Positions 35,445 through 45,913 are shown, counted from the stretch's first letter. The stretch: 64,000 nt of DNA from Hyaloraphidium curvatum SAG 235-1 (GCA_025558095.1 JAIVFI010000022.1:496001-560000); one strand, 5' to 3'. The notes: generated by a model from the letters alone, not told the origin. A program made the numbers and translations.

Positions 35445-36743
35445 ATGATGTCCGCCCAGCAGCTCGTTGCCTCCACCGCCAGGGGCCCCGCCCACGCCGG
35501 CAGCGACGGCCCCTCCGACGAGGCCAAGGAGCTCGGTGCGCTCTTCTTCGCGCCCACGCTGTCGCACGCCGATGCCGTCCGCTTCGCAACGATGCTCTGC
35601 GGCCCGCTGGAGAAGGCGGCGGCCTACTTCCGCCACCTTGCGCTCGCCCGCTGCCCGCGCCCGCCGTTCCTCCCCACGGACATCGACCCGGCCTTCACCG
35701 TCAGCGCGAACGCGACGCTCGAAGCGGTGCTCGAGATGGCCCAGGTCATGGCGGGCTTGCCCACCCGCGACGCCCGCATCGGACCCGAGGGCGAGATGGT
35801 CCACGCCAGGACCGCCACGGCGCTGGCCATCGCGCACGGCGGGCTGCTGCAGACGCTCTCGTGGATCGCAGTGGCTCTGGATGCTTCGACGATGGAAAGG
35901 TGGGGGATGCTGGGCAAGGGGCTTCCGAGATTCCCTCCCGACGCCTCCACGGGCGGGATCACCAAGCAACCCGACCCCATCGCGGACATGCGCCCCGTCT
36001 TCGTCGCAGCTTTCGTCAACCCGGCCATCGTGTGCACCACGCCATTCCAGGCGCTCGAGAAGCACCCCGCGCTGCGGCGGCGACTGGCGAAGCGGCCCGA
36101 CAACACAGAAGCATCCGCCCTGTTCCTGATGCTCGCCGATCCGGCCCGGCAGCTGTTCGAGAGGGCGGACTGGACCACCGCGCCCGAGGCCGAGCTGCGC
36201 ATGGCGATGATGGCTCTCACGAACAGGGGGAGGGCTCTCGTCTCCATTCTTCTCCAGGACCCGGCCCCGGCGCGTGCGTACCGCTCCTGCGCCCTGGCCG
36301 AGGGGCGGTACGACGTTCTCGGCGCGCTGGCTGCAGCTCTCGGCCGCATCGCATCCGTCGCGCGCTCCCGCCGCATGCACAACACGGGTCCCGCGGAGAA
36401 CACGGCCGGGCTTCTCGCCGCCTCCCTCGGGATCAGGGGGCGCGAGGAGGGTTGGGCGACGGCCCAAACGGAAGATTCCGAGAAGCGCATGGGGGAGATG
36501 GCCGCGAAGGAGAGGGAGGATGATGCTGGGGCGGGGGCCGATCGGTGCGACGCGTGCGGCAAGGAGGAACGAGGGGGGCAGAAGCTGATGTGGTGCGGCA
36601 AGTGCGGGTTCGCGAGGTACTGCTCCACCGCGTGCCAGAGGGGCGACTGGAAGGCGGGGCATGGGGCGGTCTGCATTCTGGTGCCGGCGCCGGGTTTCGG
36701 GAGGGCGGCCGACGGCGGAGCGAGGGTTAAGGTGGGGAAGTGA
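35445..36743 (+). CDS. MYND zinc-finger protein with helical N-terminal region
   Basis: CDACGK...LMWCGKCGFARYCSTACQRGDWKAGHGAVC. Intronless. The N-terminal region is unrelated to the other MYND genes here. Confidence 0.85.
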   Translation: MMSAQQLVASTARGPAHAGSDGPSDEAKELGALFFAPTLSHADAVRFATMLCGPLEKAAAYFRHLALARCPRPPFLPTDIDPAFTVSANATLEAVLEMAQVMAGLPTRDARIGPEGEMVHARTATALAIAHGGLLQTLSWIAVALDASTMERWGMLGKGLPRFPPDASTGGITKQPDPIADMRPVFVAAFVNPAIVCTTPFQALEKHPALRRRLAKRPDNTEASALFLMLADPARQLFERADWTTAPEAELRMAMMALTNRGRALVSILLQDPAPARAYRSCALAEGRYDVLGALAAALGRIASVARSRRMHNTGPAENTAGLLAASLGIRGREEGWATAQTEDSEKRMGEMAAKEREDDAGAGADRCDACGKEERGGQKLMWCGKCGFARYCSTACQRGDWKAGHGAVCILVPAPGFGRAADGGARVKVGK

Positions 36744-36797
36744 AAATCGTAGCCTTCACGGTTGTTCCTGTTGCTTCATCCGATCACGGGTTCAACG

Positions 36798-38333
36798 TCA
36801 GCTGCCCGCCCCGCCGCCCGGGCACACGCTTTCCAGCGTGACCCCTACCCCCACGCCCCGCAGCACGCCCCAAAGTACCGCAAACACGGTCAGCACGGTG
36901 ACCGCAAACACCCTGACGACGCCGTAGTCCACCCTGACGTCCAGGATGTACGTGGCCCGCTTGCCGTCCGCCGGCATGAAACCCGACAGCACGGCGTCGT
37001 GCGCTTCCAGTGCGTCCGCGGCCGGGCCGGTGGGGCAACGCGCGCGGAGGCGCCGGATCTCGTCGCGGGCGAGACTGTACAGGTCCTGCACAGAGGACAG
37101 GCCGGAGTTGAAGCGGGCGACGGTGAGGAGCCCGTCGAGGAGGTAGAAGCAGTGGACCAGGATGTGCGTCAGCACCCAGGCTGGGATGCAGGAGGAGCCG
37201 GCGGCGTAGATGAAGGCGTAAGCCAGGCCAAAGGCCAGCCCAAAGGCGAAGTTATTCTGAGCGAGACGATGGTTGTCAAAGCGGCGCTGCCAGGAGGGGG
37301 CGAGAAGGTGGTGCAGGGCGATGTATGGTAGGTCCGGTTCGTCCGCGGGGACCTGAACAAATGGCGATGTGTTGTTGACGAGGTCGCGGAGGCCGACGAC
37401 GAGATCCGACATTGCGAGGGATGCCACCCGCACCTGCAGGCGTGACTCCAGTGCAGCAGCACGAGGAGCAAATATCCCGTACGTGAGGCCTGAGTAAGGA
37501 ATCCAGAAGCACATGACGTTGTTGAAGATGTAGAGCGCGGCCAGGATAGCGCTCCAAGCGTTCGTCCACGTGTCGGAGCCCAGGGTGACGAGAGGAGTGA
37601 AGAACATGAGGAAGTTCATGATGGCGATAGAATGAAATACAATTTGCAACAGATTGCGAGCCAATGACGACCACAGGGGGCGAGTTGCGAGGTCGCCTGC
37701 GCAATTCTTCGCGGGGCAGGGACACAGCGGATCCGCGTCTCGGTGCTCCAGCAGAGAACGGGTGCCCGGAAATGTCCCCCGCAGCCCCCCTCCTTCTTCC
37801 AGATTGCGTGGCTCCTCCGCGCTGTGTCCCAATACGCTGGAGTCTTTGTTCCTGCCGGTTTGCACGGCCGAGGCGCGCTCGAGATAGCGGACGATCAACG
37901 CGAGGTCCCCGGCGCCCGACAAGTCGCCGCCTCGCGTGATCAGCCGCCTTCCCAATTCGAACCGGACCGCGAGGTACCACGTGAGCCCGATGTTGAGCGC
38001 CAGGGCCACTGTGGCCACTGCCTTCTCGCCCGTCCCGAACTGGGCACCGAACACCCACGGGACGACGAGCAACGGCACGGCCAGGACCGGGAAGACCAGC
38101 GCCGGCCGCATCGTGAGCCGTCCCCACGTGTCCGCGGCGAGCCGCAGCCGCACCAGTGCGTGTGCTGCCGGTTTTCCGCGGAGAGCGGCGAGCACGCGGC
38201 GCGCGTCCAGCGGCTCGCGCTCCGGCGGCGCCGCCGGCGGTTCCCATGGCGGTGACGGTGCAGGCGGGGCCGTCGACCGCAGGAGGGCGAGGTCGGCGGC
38301 GGAGAGGAAACCGGGCGCGTGGGGGGGAGCCAT
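36798..38333 (-). CDS. 7-TM membrane protein of expanded LTLESxCP family (possible GRL/DUF3537-like ion-channel receptor)
   Basis: Intact 511-aa ORF with seven hydrophobic segments, an HRDADPLCPCPAKNCAGD loop and the C-terminus VVRVFAVTVLTVFAVLWGVLRGVGVGVTLESVCP. Confidence 0.75.
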   Translation of the reverse strand: MAPPHAPGFLSAADLALLRSTAPPAPSPPWEPPAAPPEREPLDARRVLAALRGKPAAHALVRLRLAADTWGRLTMRPALVFPVLAVPLLVVPWVFGAQFGTGEKAVATVALALNIGLTWYLAVRFELGRRLITRGGDLSGAGDLALIVRYLERASAVQTGRNKDSSVLGHSAEEPRNLEEGGGLRGTFPGTRSLLEHRDADPLCPCPAKNCAGDLATRPLWSSLARNLLQIVFHSIAIMNFLMFFTPLVTLGSDTWTNAWSAILAALYIFNNVMCFWIPYSGLTYGIFAPRAAALESRLQVRVASLAMSDLVVGLRDLVNNTSPFVQVPADEPDLPYIALHHLLAPSWQRRFDNHRLAQNNFAFGLAFGLAYAFIYAAGSSCIPAWVLTHILVHCFYLLDGLLTVARFNSGLSSVQDLYSLARDEIRRLRARCPTGPAADALEAHDAVLSGFMPADGKRATYILDVRVDYGVVRVFAVTVLTVFAVLWGVLRGVGVGVTLESVCPGGGAGS

Positions 38334-38571
38334 GATGCCGGGGAGGCGGTCCCCTACTTCACCTCAACAAGAAAGCTAGCGCAAAATGCTTGAAACATGG
38401 TTAAAGCGTGTTCGTGATGGATGCAGACCCGTAGTCACCAGGATCCGTGTTGATGTTTCTGGGATCAGCGCGCTTGATCGACTCCCGAGCAGGTTGGATG
38501 CAGCCGGGTCAGCTAGTACAGTTCGTCGTCCGACATTCTTCCCGATCCGCCAACTTTAGAATGGGTCAGCG

Positions 38572-40100
38572 TCAGCCGCCCGCCCCGCCGCCTGGGCACA
38601 CGCTTTCCAGCGTCACGCCGACCCCCACGCCCCGCAGCACGCCCCAAAGTACCCCAAACACGGTCAGCACGGTGACCGCAAACACCCTGACGACGCCGTA
38701 GTCTACCCTGACGTCCAGGATGTACGTGGCCCGCTTGCCGTCCGCCGCCACGAACTCCGAAAGCACGGCATCGTGCGCTTCCAGCGCGTCCGCGGCCGGG
38801 CCCGTCGGGGAGCGGGCGCGGAGGCGCCGGATCTCAGCGCGCGCGAGGCGGTACAGGTCCTGCACGGCTGTCAGACCGGCGTTGAACCGGGCCACTGTTA
38901 GGAGGCCATCGAAGAGGTAGGGGCAGTGGACGAGGATGTAGGTCAGGGCCCAGGCCGGGATGCAGGAGGAGCCAGCAGAGTAGATGAAGGCGTAAACGAG
39001 GCTGAGGGCAAGGTTGACGGCAAAGATGCTCTGGCTGAGGCGGTGGCTGTCAAACCGTCGTTGCCAACAAGGAGCGAGAAGGTGGTGCAGGGCAATGTAC
39101 GGGAGGTCCGACTCGTCCTCAGGGGGCTGAAGGACTTGCGATGGGCTCTTTACGAGGTCGCGGAGGCGCACGACGAGGTCTGACACTGCCAGGGACGCGG
39201 CCCGAACCTGCAGGCGTGACTCCAACGAGAGCGCACTTGGAGCATACATCCCGTATGTGAGGCCGGAAAAGGGGATCCAGAAGGCAATACAATTGTTGGC
39301 GAGATAGAGCGCGCAAAGTACGGCGCTCCACGCATGGGTCCATGTAGCGGAACCCAGCGTGACCAGGGGAGTGAAGAAGAGGAGAAGGTTGTTCATGATG
39401 ACCAAATAGAATACGGTAGTAAAGAAATTGCGCGCCAACGACGACCAGAAGGGGCGAATAGCGAGGTCGCCTGCGCAGGATTTTGATGGGCAGGGACACA
39501 GCGGATCGCCATCTCGATGTTCCAGCAGTGAAGGGGTGCCCAGAGTAGCCATCCCTGTCCCTTTCCCGCGGCGTCCAGGTCGATCTCGGGTAATGTCTCG
39601 CTCTGTTTCGATCCGCCAGGTGGTTTCACGGCTCGCGCCGCACGCTCTAAGTAGCGAACGATAAGCGCCAGGTCCCCGACGCCAGACAAGTCGCCGCCGG
39701 GGGCATTCCGTCGCCTCCCAAACTCGAGCCGGACCGCAAGGAGCCCAGTAAGTACCATGTTGAGCGCCAGGGTCGCCGTGGCCACCGCCTTCTCGCGGGT
39801 GCCGAACTGGGGACCAAACGCCCATGGCACGGCGATCGGTGCTGTCGTCAGGAGCGGGAAGAGCACCCGCGGCCACGCCGTGATCCGTCCCAGCACGTCC
39901 GCCACGATCTGTAGCCGCACCAGCGCGTGTGCCGCGGGGCGGGTGCGCAGCGCGTCGAGGAGGCGGCGCGAGTCCAGCGGCTCGCGCTCGGGCGGCGCGG
40001 CGGGCGGATCCCACGGCGGCGCCGGCGCCGGCGAGGCCGCCCACTGCAGGAGGGCGAGGTCGGCGGCGGACAGAAAGGCCGCCGCGTCGGGCGGCGACAT
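38572..40100 (-). CDS. Tandem paralog of 36798-38333 (7-TM family); apparent -1 frameshift near 39555
   Basis: MSPPDAAAFLSAADLALL N-terminus (ORF 39393-40118) and the C-terminal part of ORF 38572-40170 are both colinear with the neighbour. One extra G in a G run joins them. Confidence 0.75.
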
Positions 40101-40477
40101 GTTTCGTGTGAGCGGCACAAGGGCGGTGGAACTTTCCCGCGCATCGAGCTGTCCCCCACTCGGTTCCCACCCAGAAGCGCCACCGAATCCTTCAGACCCT
40201 GTGTTGAAATACGGATTAGAATGACTTTAATACGATGCGGAGATGTCTTTTCCATTCTCGATGTTTTGGGGCGGGGCTGACCCTTGTGGTGGTCCTTGGC
40301 CGGCCGAGCAATACATGAGAAACCCACGTGTTAGTGCCAAAAGAAAGCAAGAATACGATGGATGCATGGCGCCTTATTGAAGGGCCAGGGTCTGTGGTCG
40401 TCACTTTATGGGGCCACCCTGATCGCCTCTTGCCACAGCGGCACGGTCTCCTGGGCCCGCGCGCGGACGCGTCCAAA

Positions 40478-41218
40478 ATGGCTTCGCAGAACGTCTACGA
40501 CGATCCCGGCTTCTTCAACGCGTACTCCAATCTCCCGCGGTCGCGCCTGGGCCTCGCCGGCGCGCCGGAATGGCACCTGCTGCGCGCCATGCTCCCGCCC
40601 CTGGGCGGGGCACGCGTCGCGGACCTCGGCTGCGGATACGGGTGGTTCTCGCGCTTCGCGGCCGAAAACGGAGCGGCGTCGGTGCGCGCGTTCGATCTCA
40701 GCGAGAAAATGCTCGGTCGCGCACGGGAGATGACCCCTGGGGGACCCATCGAGTTTGAGCTAGCAGATTTGGAGACCCTGGACGTCCCCGAGAGGGCCTT
40801 CGACCTCGTCTTCAGCTCCCTCGCGTTCCACTACGTGCAGAACGCGGACCGGCTGTACCACTCCATCTTCCGCTCCCTCGTCCCGGGCGGCTCGCTGGTC
40901 TTTTCGACGGAGCACCCCATCTTCACCGCGCCCTCGCCGCAGGCCTGGCATTCCGACGCCTCGGGCCGGCGCGCGTGGCTGCTGGACGGGTACTCCCGCG
41001 AGGGCCCGCGGACGAGCGACTGGCTCGCGGAGGGGGTGGTGAAACAGCACCGGACGGTGGCGACGACGGTGGGGTTGCTGCTGGGGGCGGGGTTCGTCCT
41101 CACGGGGTTGAAGGAGTTTGCGCCGACGGAAGAGCAGATTTTGGAAGAGCCGGCGATGGCGGAGGAGGCGGACAGGCCGATGTTCATGTTCATCTCGGCC
41201 AAGCGGCCGTCGAATTGA
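40478..41218 (+). CDS. Class I SAM-dependent methyltransferase, bacterial-like, intronless
   Basis: QNVYDDPGFFNAY..LPRS..GL.GAPEW, VADLGCGYGWF, FDLSEKML, FDLVFSSLAFHYV, LVFSTEHPIFTAP, EEADRPMF. Confidence 0.92.
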   Translation: MASQNVYDDPGFFNAYSNLPRSRLGLAGAPEWHLLRAMLPPLGGARVADLGCGYGWFSRFAAENGAASVRAFDLSEKMLGRAREMTPGGPIEFELADLETLDVPERAFDLVFSSLAFHYVQNADRLYHSIFRSLVPGGSLVFSTEHPIFTAPSPQAWHSDASGRRAWLLDGYSREGPRTSDWLAEGVVKQHRTVATTVGLLLGAGFVLTGLKEFAPTEEQILEEPAMAEEADRPMFMFISAKRPSN

Positions 41219-41243
41219 CACAGTCGGTCGCCAGAACAATCCA

Positions 41244-43748
41244 TCACCTCTTCCGCGTTGTAGTCCTCTTCCTTGTCGAAGTCTTCCTCCGTGTAGTAGT
41301 CTTCCTCCTTGTCGAAGTAGCCCGCCGCTTCGTCGACCCCACCTTCCTCCTGCTGGACGTCCTGCGCCTCGCCGTCGTCTTCCCCGCCACCCGCGCAGTC
41401 GTCTTCCCCACCGCCGCCGTCTTCCGCCTGGTCGTCGTCCAAGCCGGGTCCCAAACCTCCACATCATACCGTCTCCACCTCCCCCTCACCGCCCTCGACG
41501 GCGCCCCCTGCGGATCGGCAAACACCACCCCCGCCCCCGGCCTCGCCTCGGCCCACCCCGCCGCCGCGCCCTCCCCGATCCCCGTCGCCCCTGCGTCCGC
41601 GGACGGCGCCAAAGCCGCCCACGCAGCGGCGTACCTCTCCCCCGCCCGCGCGAGGAGGTCGACCTCGACCCGATCGAGGTGGTACGTGATCCACCTCCCG
41701 TCGTACTCGTAGTCGCACAAGGACACCTCGATCGCCGATGCCGAGCCGTTTCGTGAAATGATCCTCGCGCGGGCTTCCTCGCCCGCCTCCGCGGCGGGGC
41801 CGAGCGAACCGTCTTCCAGCTCCCTCCGCACCCACACCCTCACGTCCACCAGGGAGACCGGGATCCCGAACTCGATCCTCCGTCCCGTGGAGGGATCTAT
41901 CGACGCAGCACCCAGCGCGTCCGATAACCGGAACCGCGGGGTGTAGCGGCACCACAGCCCCGCGTGCCGGAAGCCGATCGCCAGGGCGGCCAGCGGCCCG
42001 GCGCCGGCGGCATTGTGCACCGCGTACGATCGTGCGGTTGATCCCCACCCGCCTCCGCCCTCCTCGAGGAAGGAGGAGATGCCCGAGAGCTCCGTGGAGC
42101 CGGCGGCTGCGCGGAGCGAGAAGAGGAACCGCAGGCCGACGTTCCGCGGATCGGTCAGGTCCAGTTGCACGTCGCGCACGGTGACATCCTTCAGGAACGG
42201 CTGTGCGCTCCTCAACCTCGATGACGGCACGGGGGCTCCGGGGGCGCCGGGGATGCGCAGCGGGAGGAAGGCCGCGGAGCGGAGGCCGGATGCGTTCTCG
42301 AGGAAGAGCTTGGCGACGAGCGTGCGCGCGGTGGGGCCGCGGGGGTACGCGTGGGAGAGGGAGAAGCCGGGTTGGGAGGAAGGGATGGGGAAATGGGAGG
42401 GGGGGGAGTGGTCTCCCCAGTCGATGGTGAGGCGTCGTGGGGAGGTGCCGGCCTCGGGATCGGAGATGGAAAGCTCCATGCTGACTGTCGTCTCGGTCGT
42501 GCCGTGGGTGCGTGACAGCGAGATGCGGGTGATGCGCGCCGGCCTGCCCATGGCCACGTCCTGAAAGGCGTCCGGCTGCGCGGGCTCACCCGGCGCCGGC
42601 GCCGCCAGCAGCCTCCAGTCCTGCAGCATCAGGACATCCCTCAGCACCGCGAGCGCTGGTCCCGTGGATTGGTTCCACGCCGCCGCCTCGGCGTCCCCGC
42701 CCGGTACGGCCGCGGCGAGGTGCGCTGCGGCTGCCGCGGGCCTCCACACCCTGGATTCGGCGAACGAGAAGCGCGCGTGGAGGTTGCCGACCGCCGACAG
42801 CAGCACCTGCGTGCCCCATGCTACCAGAAGCGCTAGCTCTGAGGCAGGAGCGACGACGGTGCTGTTGTCGGGCCCGAGGATTCGCAGCCGCGGGGGAATC
42901 AGGGAGGGGTCGCCAAAGGGGGATTTGGAGGAGATGTCGGCGAGCCAGCCGCTGCGTCCGCGCTGGGTGAGCCAGTCCGGAATAGAGCGCAGGGTCGGGA
43001 TCTCTGCGTTCCGGGAAATCGGGGCACTCGGGTTGGCAAGGTCCTTCGAGGAAACCTCAGTCGAGAAGCCGTCCAGGTAGGCCTGCCAACCCCACTGCAG
43101 CTGCATGCCAAACGAACGTGCCCGCACGGCGGCACTGGCGGCGTCTGCGTACCCGGCCAGCGCGGGCGGTGGTTCGGGAGCCCGGTGCTGCAACCTCGCT
43201 CCTCCAGCAGCCGGGTTGCACAGGGGCAGGTGGTCACAAATCTGACGGATAAAGAGGCAGGCCTTTCCGATCGTGTCCTGCTCCAGCACCATGGTCATCC
43301 CCGCGGGCCTCGTGCCGGCCCCGTAGTTCGGGTGGTTGCAGTTCACCACGGGGAACCCAACGAAGGATGTATGGCACTCCCCCGGCGCGGTCGAGCAGCA
43401 CTGGAAGCACTCGCCGGTGCCACAGTCGATCACAAACGGGTTCCACGCCGCCGGGATCGGATTGTAGGGCACGAAGGCGAAGTACTGGTCCGCGAGCAGG
43501 CAGAAGGGCGGGATCGCGCCGCACTGCCGCGCCGTGCCGCCGCGGCGCACGCACGATGCCGTGTTGTCGAAGAACCGCTCGATGTTGCCGCCGAGCTCGA
43601 TGGGCGTCGATACGGTGTCCCACGCGTCCAGCGCCGGTTCCAGGGCCTCGTAGAGAGCGCCGAGGCCGCTCTGCCCTCTGGCCCCGCACGCCGCCAGGAG
43701 GGCCCCCGCCGCCGCCAACAGGTACCGGGCGAGGCGGCGGCCCGCCAT
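41244..43748 (-). CDS. Secreted protein with Cys-rich N-terminal domain, PKD-like domain and basic Thr/Arg/Lys tail; intronless
   Basis: MAGRRLARYLLAAAGALLAACGARG signal, a ~12-Cys domain (CVRRG..CGAIPPFC..CGTGECFQCC..CHT..NCN..CLF..C..C), and the PKD-like motif ISDPE..TIDWGD..SHAYP. Confidence 0.7.
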   Translation of the reverse strand: MAGRRLARYLLAAAGALLAACGARGQSGLGALYEALEPALDAWDTVSTPIELGGNIERFFDNTASCVRRGGTARQCGAIPPFCLLADQYFAFVPYNPIPAAWNPFVIDCGTGECFQCCSTAPGECHTSFVGFPVVNCNHPNYGAGTRPAGMTMVLEQDTIGKACLFIRQICDHLPLCNPAAGGARLQHRAPEPPPALAGYADAASAAVRARSFGMQLQWGWQAYLDGFSTEVSSKDLANPSAPISRNAEIPTLRSIPDWLTQRGRSGWLADISSKSPFGDPSLIPPRLRILGPDNSTVVAPASELALLVAWGTQVLLSAVGNLHARFSFAESRVWRPAAAAAHLAAAVPGGDAEAAAWNQSTGPALAVLRDVLMLQDWRLLAAPAPGEPAQPDAFQDVAMGRPARITRISLSRTHGTTETTVSMELSISDPEAGTSPRRLTIDWGDHSPPSHFPIPSSQPGFSLSHAYPRGPTARTLVAKLFLENASGLRSAAFLPLRIPGAPGAPVPSSRLRSAQPFLKDVTVRDVQLDLTDPRNVGLRFLFSLRAAAGSTELSGISSFLEEGGGGWGSTARSYAVHNAAGAGPLAALAIGFRHAGLWCRYTPRFRLSDALGAASIDPSTGRRIEFGIPVSLVDVRVWVRRELEDGSLGPAAEAGEEARARIISRNGSASAIEVSLCDYEYDGRWITYHLDRVEVDLLARAGERYAAAWAALAPSADAGATGIGEGAAAGWAEARPGAGVVFADPQGAPSRAVRGRWRRYDVEVWDPAWTTTRRKTAAVGKTTARVAGKTTARRRTSSRRKVGSTKRRATSTRRKTTTRRKTSTRKRTTTRKR
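41250..41440 (-). repeat. Degenerate 18-nt repeats encoding TTTRRK/TSTRKR
   Basis: Plus strand has cttccttgtcgaagt, cttcctccgtgtagtagt and cttcctccttgtcgaagt units. Confidence 0.65.
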
Positions 43749-44073
43749 CGCGGGCAGGCCGTGTACGGGCGACTGCCAGCGCTCGGGAAGAAGATCCGAG
43801 GAGAGGGGGACGCAATGGCGCCGGCCCAGCCGCCGCCGCAACATCAGCCCCGTCCGTCAGCCTCGCCTTGGCATCCTCCGCCGACCGAAATGGAAGCACC
43901 TGCGGTCCTCCATGCTCTCATCGAGTTCGGGCCATCCAAGCATTCTTGATTGGGGTTATTGCGTTTGCGTAGCGTTAGAGGATCGAAGAAGAGGAATCGG
44001 CGCTTCCAGTTGCGGAGGACGGCATTGCGAGCTGGAGCAAAAGCACTTGCATCACCAATCATCCTGGTACGTG

Positions 44074-45913
44074 CTACACGATCCACTCCGAGTCCTCGTC
44101 ATCGTAATCGGCCTTGTCCCCGCCAGCGATCACCCTGCACTCGGGCCCGCAGATCCCGTCCCTCAGCGTCTCGAGCGCCCTGCCCTCGGCCCACGGCAGC
44201 CCCCTGACGTCGAGCACCTCCAGCTTCCCGAGCTTCAACGCCGCCACGAAAACCGACTGCTGCGACGCCCTGGTGCCGTCGATCCGCAGGGTGAGAAGGT
44301 TGGGGCAGGATGAGGCGATGCTCTCGATCAGTGCGGCGTCGGCGGGGCAGTCCGTCAGGCGGAGGTGGAGGAGGCGGGGGCGCTGGTGGCGGAAGAAGGT
44401 GCCGATGAGCTCGATGGAGAGGTCGTCCAGATCGGAGAGGTCCAGGGATTCGAGGTTCGCGAGGAGAGATCGGGGCAGGTCCCTGATCGGGGCGTTCTGC
44501 AGGCATAGGAAAACAAGGACTGAGCACGTTTTCGGCCACACGCGCTCTGTCCACCCAACAACCCACCACGCGCGCGCAGTAGCTCACGATGAGGGTCTTG
44601 ATCCCCGGATTGCGCCTCGCGATGCCGAGGATCGCTGAGTCGGTCACCCCCGGCATCTCCTGCAGCGCGACCTTCTCCAGGCGGATCGTCGAAAGCCGAG
44701 CAAAAGACAGGTTGGTGATCTGCGGGCAGTCGCGCAGCCTCAGCGTCGTCAGGCCGTCCAGCTTCTCCAGCGCGTGCGCGAGCCCAGCGTCCGTCAGAAA
44801 GTGCGCGCCCTCGATCGCCAGCAGCGACAGCGCGAGGCGGTCCGCGAGCGACCGCAGGTGCCTGTCGCCGAGCATCGTTTCGATTCCCGTCCCACCGCAT
44901 CCGATCGCGAGCTCCTTGAGGCCGGAGGGCACCCCGCGGGCCAACTGCACCGCCGCCTCCTCGGAAAGCCCCCCGAAGGCGCGGACCTCGAGCGAGCGCA
45001 GGAGGGGCAAGTTGCGCAGGCAGTCCCGGAGCGCGTCGGCGTCGACGGTGCGGAAGGCGATGCGGAGGGTGCGGATGCGGTTGTCGTCGCGGGAGAGGGA
45101 GAGACCGCGCAGGCAGCGGGTCGATTGGGGGCCACCCGGGTAGATCCCGTGTTCGCGTTCGTAGCGGCGCGACTCCTGGTCTTGGCGGAGCCACTCCAGT
45201 TCTTCCTTGTCGTAAAGCCCCAGGTCCTCTTCGCCGTCGGTGTAGAACTCCTCGTCCCGGTCCCAGTCCTCCCCGTCCTCCGCCTCCTCGAACGTGACAG
45301 AGCGCAGGTTCGGGAGCACCTTGACCAGGTCCGGGGCCTCGTCCCACAGCTTTTCCAGATTGATCAGCATGTTCCGCACGTGCGACCGGATCGTGCGCCT
45401 CTTTCCTGCGTCGGCGAGCGAAAGCAGCCGCTGCACCGCCGTCGGCCAACCCTTCATCGAATCTCCGACGTCCACGCAACACCAGATCCTCCTCGCGGCC
45501 GCCCAGCGCCACTGCCTGCCGACCCTGGACAGCGAGATAGCGAACTTTTGCTCCTGCTTGCAAAGAACCCCGTCCTTGTGACCGTCGCAGAGGGGTACCG
45601 CAAACGACACGATTCGCGCGACCGCCTCGTCCGGCAGCGGCACCCTCCGCAGAGGCCTCGGCGCCACGGACCCGGCTTCCCTTTTCCTCACACGGGCAAG
45701 GTAATCGTCGCGGGAAACGTGCTTGAGCAAAGAATCGATGGTCGGTTGGGCCGCATCGGAGGGCGAGCGGGTGGGGCGCCGCGCGGGGCGTTTGCGGGCG
45801 TACGAGAGCAGCTCGACTGTCTCGACGCCGTCCTCGTCGGCTGCGGCGCGGCAGAGATCCTCGGCAAGGCGCACGGAGGGGTCTCGGGGGGCGAAGGAGA
45901 GGAGGTTACCCAT
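44074..45913 (-). CDS. F-box/LRR (RNI-like) protein, N-myristoylation motif (pair B)
   Basis: MGNLLSF, LPDEAVARIVSF..SRVGRQWRWAAARRIWCCVD, LRRs, one intron near 44503-44560, ends DYDDEDSEWIV*. Clear paralog of 33554-35301. Confidence 0.87.

Noticed and set aside
40831-41454. Acidic ORF (YFDKEEDYYTEEDFDKEED) on the minus strand
   Set aside because: Alternative frame of the TTTRRK tail that runs antisense into the methyltransferase. No independent support, though a frameshifted acidic tail cannot be fully excluded.
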